Shown one piece after another: positions 57,632 through 64,000 of a DNA stretch of 64,000 bases. Each line of letters opens with the position of its first letter. Position 1 is the first letter of the stretch. Under the pieces are notes generated by a model, which saw only the letters and a list, made by a program, of their open reading frames with translations, was not told where the DNA came from and made no database searches. This DNA comes from Candidatus Dojkabacteria bacterium. Its GTDB lineage: Bacteria > Patescibacteriota > Dojkabacteria > J137. The stretch covers positions 588-64,587 of the forward strand of contig JBGSZB010000011.1 in the NCBI GenBank assembly GCA_041750555.1, in the 5' to 3' direction. The position numbers were made by a program, and so were the translations under genes.

Positions 57632-57680
57632 TTAATAAAGTAGTATATAATTAAGTGTATTTTAACTTATTAAAACGCTT

Positions 57681-58439
57681 ATGAACATTATTATCTCAGG
57701 TTGGCCTGGGGCTGGTAGTTCAACACTATCTATGATTTTATCTAATAAATTAAATTATAGGTTACTTAGAGGTAGTGAGTCTTTTAGATATTTAGGAGAA
57801 AAATTAGGTTACTCTGATTTAGGAAAAGATAGAGTTTTAGTAGATACAATGTTAGAAAACTATTGGGGAGCTATTTATGATAAATATATAGATTATTGTA
57901 TTTTAAATAGAGATAATTTAGTAATAGAGAGTGATATAGGGGCTTTTAGAGTAGATATGGGAAAAACTCACATATCAATATTCTTAGCTCCATCAATTGA
58001 AGAGAGAAAGGATAGGTTAATTAATGATGGAAGAGAAAAGGATGTAGAAGAGTTAATTAATAGAGAAAAACAATTACAACAAAGTTATTTAAAACTACAT
58101 AATATTGATTGGTTAGATTTAAATGAAGTTAAAAAACATTACGATATTATTATTACAAATTCTAAGACCTCAATCTCTCAAGAATTAGATTTAGTCTATG
58201 AACTATTGTTTAAAAAGAATTCTATAACACCTGATCAATACAAGATCTTTATGGATAATTCTAAATTAGATGAAGAAAGTTATTGGAGTAATGGTAAAAA
58301 GTATTATTTAAGCCTTATTGAAAAGAATAATTTACTCACAACTGGAGCTGAAGTATTAAAAGAATGTATTGAATTATTCCCTTTAGAGATAAGTCATATG
58401 CCGAGGCAATTACGATCAATTATTGAAGATGTTACTTAA
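57681..58439 (+). CDS. P-loop kinase, probable archaeal-type (type 2) cytidylate kinase with a C-terminal extension
   Basis: MNIIISGWPGAGSSTLS (P-loop) ... IFLAPSIEERKDRL parallels archaeal CMP kinase (ISGPPGSGKTT ... VFLDASPEVRAERI). Confidence 0.45.
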   Translation: MNIIISGWPGAGSSTLSMILSNKLNYRLLRGSESFRYLGEKLGYSDLGKDRVLVDTMLENYWGAIYDKYIDYCILNRDNLVIESDIGAFRVDMGKTHISIFLAPSIEERKDRLINDGREKDVEELINREKQLQQSYLKLHNIDWLDLNEVKKHYDIIITNSKTSISQELDLVYELLFKKNSITPDQYKIFMDNSKLDEESYWSNGKKYYLSLIEKNNLLTTGAEVLKECIELFPLEISHMPRQLRSIIEDVT

Positions 58440-58473
58440 AGGTGATAATATATCTCCACTAATCAATTTCTAA

Positions 58474-58929
58474 ATGAAAAAGAAAAAAAAGAGTAAGATT
58501 TCTAAAATATTACTTCCAGTGTTTCTTCTTTTCATATTACTTTTCTCCCTTTTATTCATTAAAGCTATTAGAATTGATGTTAATTCAGAAGTTGAGTTAG
58601 AAGATATTAATGATAACTTTGTTAATTTAGAGAGTTATAAGTTACTGGATTTAGAGCAATTAGGAGAAGGTAAAAACGTTATACTCTTTAGTGCTAATTG
58701 GTGTGGATCATGTTTAAATATTAAAGCTACTCTTAATAAATTATCAAGTGAATATCTTGATACTAGATTCTTTATCCTAAATTTAGATTCTAATAGAGAT
58801 ATAGCGGGTAATTATGGGATTGGTGTTGTACCTGCCCTTATTACTAAATATGGTAAGGATGTAGAGATATTTAATGAAGTTAGACCTGAACAAATTGAAG
58901 AGATTGTTTTAAACTTTAGTTACTTATAA
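58474..58929 (+). CDS. Membrane-anchored thioredoxin-like thiol:disulfide oxidoreductase
   Basis: N-terminal TM anchor and active site WCGSC (…LFSANWCGSCLNIK…). Confidence 0.55.
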   Translation: MKKKKKSKISKILLPVFLLFILLFSLLFIKAIRIDVNSEVELEDINDNFVNLESYKLLDLEQLGEGKNVILFSANWCGSCLNIKATLNKLSSEYLDTRFFILNLDSNRDIAGNYGIGVVPALITKYGKDVEIFNEVRPEQIEEIVLNFSYL

Positions 58930-58988
58930 ATTATTTCCTAACCCTAAGTTTTTAATTTTAATATAATGTTTAATAACTATATTAAAAT

Positions 58989-59636
58989 ATGTATCTAATT
59001 TTACTAATTTCAATCCTATTAATATTTATCCAATTAACTATTGCCCTTTATGCATGGAGTTTAAAACCCTCTATTGTTAGGAAATATAAAAATATCATAA
59101 GTAGTCAATTAGATCCCTCCCTTGTATTAGAGAAATATAGTAAGAAATTTAAAAATATAACAATTAGAGTTAATAACGCTCTTGATGATGTAGCTTTTAG
59201 TGAAAAGGGTTATGTAATGTTTAGACAGAAATCGTTGTATAAAAAGGATTTATATACTAACTTTATGTCACTTTATTATCTATATTTATCTCAGAATAGA
59301 TACTATAGGTTATCTAAAATTAATTATTTACCTAATTTATTATTTCCACTTCAAATTATTACTCTTATTGCGGGATTAGTTACAACTTTTGAATTAATTA
59401 ATCCATTTATTATCTTAACCTTTGTTATTCAGATATTTTTATTACTTTTATCTTTAGTTAATTTTTATACTTTAAATAGCTTTTTAAATAAGTTACATAA
59501 AGATGCAACTAAGATATTAGAGTTAGATGATTTAGAAGAGGAACGAGCTAAGTCGTTAAAAAGTGATTTGAGTTATAGAGTATTTGAATACCCCTACGAA
59601 ATTATTTGGAGAGTAATACAGTTTATTAAGCCTTAA
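58989..59636 (+). CDS. Hypothetical membrane protein
   Basis: 215 aa with several TM helices. Confidence 0.35.
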   Translation: MYLILLISILLIFIQLTIALYAWSLKPSIVRKYKNIISSQLDPSLVLEKYSKKFKNITIRVNNALDDVAFSEKGYVMFRQKSLYKKDLYTNFMSLYYLYLSQNRYYRLSKINYLPNLLFPLQIITLIAGLVTTFELINPFIILTFVIQIFLLLLSLVNFYTLNSFLNKLHKDATKILELDDLEEERAKSLKSDLSYRVFEYPYEIIWRVIQFIKP

Positions 59637-59639
59637 ATT

Positions 59640-60024
59640 TAGTCCATTCAATAAGCCGGATTCTGTTACTATTTCTAGTATGAGAATTATTTATCTAAGC
59701 CCTAATTATATTAGGTTGCTCCAGCTAGGGGTTACAAGCATTCTATTATTACTAATAGAACCGGTGGTCTCTTACACTTATTCCTCTAATTCCAATTGGT
59801 TGATAGAGGACACCTTTTCACCATTGCACTTACAATGTAAGTAAGCTGTAATATTTCTGTTGCCCTTTTATCCCTAAGATTACTCCCAGCCAGTCATTAA
59901 TATTGCTATTAATTACGTGGTAGCTATTTCGTTTTTAAAAGATCTAAAGTACGAAACCAAAACGGAGTCCGGACTTTCCTCTATATTAATTTCTTAATAC
60001 AGCAATTCTCTTGAATGGACTCTC
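59640..60024 (-). ncRNA. rnpB: RNase P RNA (bacterial type A), ~385 nt
   Basis: Minus-strand sequence contains GAGGAAAGUCCGGACUC (P4 5' strand; plus 59965-59981), GGUGAAAAGGUG (plus 59817-59837), GUAAGAGACCACCGG (plus 59758-59775) and ACAGAAUCCGGCUUAU (P4 3' strand; plus 59651-59666). A P1 helix pairs 60011-60021 with 59641-59651. The interval is ORF-free and GC-elevated. The ends are approximate. Confidence 0.75.
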
Positions 60025-60090
60025 TAATTATATCATTTTATATATGTTATTAGTAGTTGATAACGATTGCATAGATGATATAATGCCCGA

Positions 60091-60606
60091 ATGCTTGAAG
60101 AAAATAACGACAGACTTTTAAACCACTTGTCAGATAAAATCACAGGAATAATTGGATCAATAAATACTGTATTAATAGGGACAGATCCATTAACCGGAGT
60201 AAATTTTGTTCTTGCATGGGTTGAAAAAGAATATATTGAATCTCATGAAAAACAGCTTATCCTAAAAACTTTTAAAGTAATACAACACATTATTCTTAAC
60301 TTTTTCCCTGAATCAATAAATAATATTGACGAAAGTATAGATCAATCAATGGATCAACTTTATGGAAAAGAATTAAGTATTGACGATAGAGATCTACTTA
60401 AAGAATTAATTTTTTATGCATTTTGTTACTTTAAAGATCGTTACTATAGAGTCTTCTATCCTGATACAGAATATGTAACAACTGACAAACTTAGAAAAGG
60501 TGATCGTTTAATTACACTATTCGTTGGTTCTCAGATTTTAAAGGATCTTAATACTATGTTAAATTTCGGTATAGATCCACTTAATCCTAGTAATGGTAAA
60601 AAATAG
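60091..60606 (+). CDS. Hypothetical protein (first gene of a two-gene module)
   Basis: 171 aa. Leu/Asp/Arg codon choice (ctt, gac, cgt) is atypical for this window. Overlaps the downstream ORF by 14 bp. Confidence 0.3.
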   Translation: MLEENNDRLLNHLSDKITGIIGSINTVLIGTDPLTGVNFVLAWVEKEYIESHEKQLILKTFKVIQHIILNFFPESINNIDESIDQSMDQLYGKELSIDDRDLLKELIFYAFCYFKDRYYRVFYPDTEYVTTDKLRKGDRLITLFVGSQILKDLNTMLNFGIDPLNPSNGKK

Positions 60607-60913
60607 GGATCTTGCTAACTATATAACAGAGAGCGTATCAGCTACAAGGGTTCTGAAATTATTCAAGGATAGATTTTGGGGCTCAAGAATGCCTGAAAAA
60701 AAGATTAGATATTATTCTGTTACAGAGGAGCTTAATAGAAGTATTTTGATAGAAAAAGTTCAACAAATTATGATAGAAATTGGATATGGAGATTTTAATA
60801 ATGGATACAATGCAAGTATACTAATTGCATGTGTTACATTCTTAGAAAATAAGTATATATACAAAGAAGACGCAGTTATTTCAAAAGAACTTGCTTTTAT
60901 ACAAGAAAATTAA
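60593..60913 (+). CDS. Hypothetical protein (second gene of the module)
   Basis: 106 aa; no motif recognised. Confidence 0.3.
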   Translation: MVKNRDLANYITESVSATRVLKLFKDRFWGSRMPEKKIRYYSVTEELNRSILIEKVQQIMIEIGYGDFNNGYNASILIACVTFLENKYIYKEDAVISKELAFIQEN

Positions 60914-63290
60914 TTACCTTATTCTTAACAAATATAGTTTTTTTAATATTACCCTCTAAATATTTACTAACATTTTTATCACCTCTAGCTAATTTACTTA
61001 CCTCTTCTTCTGTAGAATCTAGTGGAACACTCACTACTCCTCTAACTTTTCCATTAACTTGAATGGCCATAGATACATTATCTAAAATTAATTTAGAATC
61101 ATCTACTATTGGCCAACTTTGTGTATGTATAGAATAAGCATTTCCCATTAAACTCCATAATTCTTCAGTAATGTATGGTGCAAATGGAGCTAGAATTATT
61201 AAAAATTTAGACCATACCTCTTTAGATATACTTTCCTCACGAGTTATGAAGTTAATAAACTCCATAAACTTAGCAATAGCAGTATTAAAGCTCAAGTGCT
61301 CTATATCGCTTTCTACCTTTTTAATTAATTTATTAATCTCAATATCTTGTGTATTTGAATTAATATCACGAACCTTCTCATTTAAATCCCATACTCTACT
61401 TAAAAATCTAAACACACCATTCTCAGCTCTATCATTCCAAGCTTTAGCGTCTTCTAATGGTCCCATAAACATTTCATATATTCTTAATGTGTCTGCACCA
61501 TATTTATCAATTTCATCATTAGGATTTAATACATTACCCCATCTTTTACTCATCTTTCTATTATCACTTCCTAATATTGTTCCCATATGTCTCATCTTAA
61601 AGAAAGGTTCATCAAAGTTAATTAAACCTTGATCATAGAAGAACTTAGTAAAAAATCTTGAATACAATAAATGTAGGACTGTATGTTCTTGACCTATCAT
61701 GTATAAATCTGTGGGAAGCCAGAAGTTTAAGGTTTCACTATCAAATATCTTTGTATCATCATTAACATTAAAATATCTTAAAAAATACCAACTACTATCT
61801 ACAAATGTATCCATTGTATCTACTTCATAATGCCAACCTTTACCATATTTATCCTCAGCTCTTTTTTTAAATTCTTCACTTCTCTCAATTGGAGATTCAC
61901 CTGTTGGTTTAAAGTCTACATCTTCTGGTAAAACTAATGGTAAATCAGATTCATCAATTGGATGTGCATTACCCTCTGGATCATAAACTATTGGGATTGG
62001 ACAACCCCAGTATCTTTGTCTACTTAATAGCCAATCTCTTAATTTAAAATTAACTTCACTACTACCTAGATTATTATTCTTTAACCACTCCTGCATTTTA
62101 TTAATTGCCTCTTTTGAAGTTAACCCGCTATATTCTCCTGAGTTAATTAAAGTACCATAGTCAGTATACATTTCACTTTCAACATCTCCTTTAATAACTT
62201 CAATAATCTCAATATTATGTTTTTTTGCAAATTCCATATCTCTTTCATCGTGAGCTGGGACTGCCATAATAGCTCCACTACCATAGTTACTTAAAACATA
62301 ATCAGCAACATATATTGGTATTTCTTCGTTATTAAATGGATTAATAGCTAATAATCCCTCAACTTTAATACCACTTTTCTCTTTAGATGTTTGTCTATCT
62401 AATTCACTTTTATGTTTAGTATCGTTAATATATCCCTTAACCTCTTCAATGTTTAATATGCTACTATCCTCAAGAATTGGATGTTCAGGGGCAATTACCA
62501 TGAATGTAGCTCCAAATATGGTATCTATTCTTGTGGTAAACACCTCTAAATATTTATCTAATTCACTTTCACTTTTTAACTTAAATTTTAACTTTGTACC
62601 TTCACTTCTTCCTATCCAATTTCTTTGCATTGATTTAGTACTTTCTGGCCAATCAACTTTATCTAAATCTTTATACAATCTTTCATTAAAATCAGTAATT
62701 TTAAAAAACCATTGATCCATATCTTTTTGAACCACTTCACTATCACATCTTTCACATTTACCATTAATAACTTGTTCATTAGCTAAAACAGTTTCATCCT
62801 TAGGACACCAATTAACAGGTGCATTCTTTTTATATGCTAATCCAGCTTTAAATAGTTGTAAAAAGATCCATTGAGTCCATTTATAGTAACGAGGTTCATG
62901 GCTTCCCACTTCCATATCCCAATCAACACTTATTCCAATATTATTTATCTGTTCAATAAATGTTTTAATTGCAGTATCAGTGTTTTCCCTTGGTGCAATA
63001 CCTGTTTTAATAGCATAGTTTTCAGCAGGTAATCCAAAAGCATCCCACCCCATAGGTAGAGTAACTGATCTTCCTTTATGTCTATAGTATCTAGCTACAA
63101 TATCATTAGCTACCATTCCTTCTACATGACCAACATAAAGTCCTGCTCCAGATGGATATGGATATGAATAAAGTGAATAGAATTTACCATTAGGATTATT
63201 AGAAACTCCCGTTTTATATATCTTATCCTTGAGCCACTTCTCCTGCCACTTCTTTTCAAAGTTTAGGGGATTGTATGAAACATTAGACAT
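60897..63290 (-). CDS. leuS: Leucyl-tRNA synthetase
   Basis: 797 aa. HIGH-region PYPSGAGLYVGH, KMSKS as KMSKRWGN, and a conserved LeuRS N-terminus (...LPMGWDAFGLPAEN...). Confidence 0.9.
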   Translation of the reverse strand: MSNVSYNPLNFEKKWQEKWLKDKIYKTGVSNNPNGKFYSLYSYPYPSGAGLYVGHVEGMVANDIVARYYRHKGRSVTLPMGWDAFGLPAENYAIKTGIAPRENTDTAIKTFIEQINNIGISVDWDMEVGSHEPRYYKWTQWIFLQLFKAGLAYKKNAPVNWCPKDETVLANEQVINGKCERCDSEVVQKDMDQWFFKITDFNERLYKDLDKVDWPESTKSMQRNWIGRSEGTKLKFKLKSESELDKYLEVFTTRIDTIFGATFMVIAPEHPILEDSSILNIEEVKGYINDTKHKSELDRQTSKEKSGIKVEGLLAINPFNNEEIPIYVADYVLSNYGSGAIMAVPAHDERDMEFAKKHNIEIIEVIKGDVESEMYTDYGTLINSGEYSGLTSKEAINKMQEWLKNNNLGSSEVNFKLRDWLLSRQRYWGCPIPIVYDPEGNAHPIDESDLPLVLPEDVDFKPTGESPIERSEEFKKRAEDKYGKGWHYEVDTMDTFVDSSWYFLRYFNVNDDTKIFDSETLNFWLPTDLYMIGQEHTVLHLLYSRFFTKFFYDQGLINFDEPFFKMRHMGTILGSDNRKMSKRWGNVLNPNDEIDKYGADTLRIYEMFMGPLEDAKAWNDRAENGVFRFLSRVWDLNEKVRDINSNTQDIEINKLIKKVESDIEHLSFNTAIAKFMEFINFITREESISKEVWSKFLIILAPFAPYITEELWSLMGNAYSIHTQSWPIVDDSKLILDNVSMAIQVNGKVRGVVSVPLDSTEEEVSKLARGDKNVSKYLEGNIKKTIFVKNKVINFLV

Positions 63291-63380
63291 AAGATATTAA
63301 TTAAAAAGTTAATACCCTGATTTTATAATATTTTTAAGAAATTTACTTAGTTTTTTAAAAATATTTCGTATAATCCATAT

Positions 63381-63836
63381 ATGTTTAATAAATTAATTAA
63401 TATCTTTTTAAAATTATTTACTTTTTTAAGTATATTTATACTCTTAAATATATTTTTAAATATTAATTTACAAACTTTTAAAGGTAATATTGTATTCTCT
63501 CAAAGTATCTCTACAGGACTTAATATTTCAAAAGAAGAATTAGATAAAGGGGTTACAAATAGTGGTCATAGTTTAGAAGGTTTTAAAAAATCTAGTCTTA
63601 ATCAAGAAAATATATTAAATACTTTTAAATGGAGTGCAACTAATTATGTCGAAAAAGATATATTATCAAATATATATACTGTTCAATTAGGAGATACATT
63701 ATGGGAAATTAGTGAAGCATTTTATGGATCTGGATTTAATTGGGTAAATATATTAGATAAAAATATTAATTCTATAGGTTTTTTATATGATGGTACTCAA
63801 GCTTTAATAGTTGAGGGTCAAATACTAAACTTATGA
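63381..63836 (+). CDS. LysM-domain protein (peptidoglycan-binding), N-terminally anchored
   Basis: N-terminal TM or signal and a C-terminal LysM motif YTVQLGDTLWEISEAFYGSGFNWVNILDKN. Confidence 0.55.
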   Translation: MFNKLINIFLKLFTFLSIFILLNIFLNINLQTFKGNIVFSQSISTGLNISKEELDKGVTNSGHSLEGFKKSSLNQENILNTFKWSATNYVEKDILSNIYTVQLGDTLWEISEAFYGSGFNWVNILDKNINSIGFLYDGTQALIVEGQILNL

Positions 63837-64000
63837 TTCTTGAATAGCAGAAACCCCCATATATCTCATTGATAAATTAATATGTTGGGTCATCATATGA
63901 GATAAGGCATCTTCCATTTTATCCTCATTTTCTATTAATACTCTGTAAAGTGCTTTTAAATCTTCAAATTCCCCCTCCTTACCTTGTTGTAAATAATAGT
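63830..64000 (-). CDS. Partial CDS (C-terminal end only), unknown product
   Basis: Minus-strand frame reads ...YYLQQGKEGEFEDLKALYRVLIENEDKMEDALSHMMTQHINLSMRYMGVSAIQES*. It runs off the window and cannot be identified. Confidence 0.25.

Noticed and set aside
1-64000. Alternative genetic code (UGA recoded as Gly, as in Gracilibacteria and Absconditabacteria).
   Set aside because: Essential genes (pnp, leuS, thrS, pilB, asnB) are full length and uninterrupted under the standard code with ordinary stop usage, so there is no need for recoding.
1-64000. CRISPR arrays, rRNA genes, transposases or integrases.
   Set aside because: No regularly spaced direct repeats were seen. No ORF has DDE, tyrosine or serine recombinase motifs. 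No rRNA-like conserved blocks are present.

Overview
This is a very AT-rich window (about 28-30% GC by eye), densely coded, mostly on the minus strand, with long uninterrupted ORFs under the standard code. Gene content points to a small-genome monoderm bacterium, probably CPR/Patescibacteria-like (inference). Housekeeping genes include mraZ-rsmH, secG, ftsE/ftsX, ksgA, murJ, pnp, cca, def, rpmA-rplU, thrS, proS, leuS, asnB, sufB, dus, rluD-like and class-2 pyrD. There are three tRNAs (Leu-TAA, Asp-GTC, Leu-GAG) and a type-A RNase P RNA. Interleaved with these are accessory or unusual blocks. (1) A tight operon of Fur/Zur-family regulator, nicotianamine-synthase-like enzyme, GNAT acetyltransferase and ZupT, preceded by two copies of a TGCAA-N5-TTGCA operator; this is a candidate undescribed zinc-metallophore system. 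(2) Two tandem paralogous Cys/Gly/Thr-rich surface proteins with internal Cys repeats and LPxTA-type sortase sorting signals; three membrane-anchored thioredoxin-like proteins and a truncated VKOR-like ORF occur elsewhere in the window. (3) A ComG-like type IV pilus operon (REC-PilB-PilC-five prepilins, convergent prepilin peptidase) in which one 480-aa prepilin is fused to an LVIVD beta-propeller, a candidate tip adhesin. (4) FtsE fused to a 220-aa acidic linker and an RpoA-alphaCTD-like helix-hairpin-helix domain. (5) A RelE/ParE-type toxin-antitoxin pair, several two-gene modules of unknown function with atypical codon usage, and a tRNA-punctuated segment of hypothetical genes. No CRISPR array, rRNA or obvious transposase was seen.
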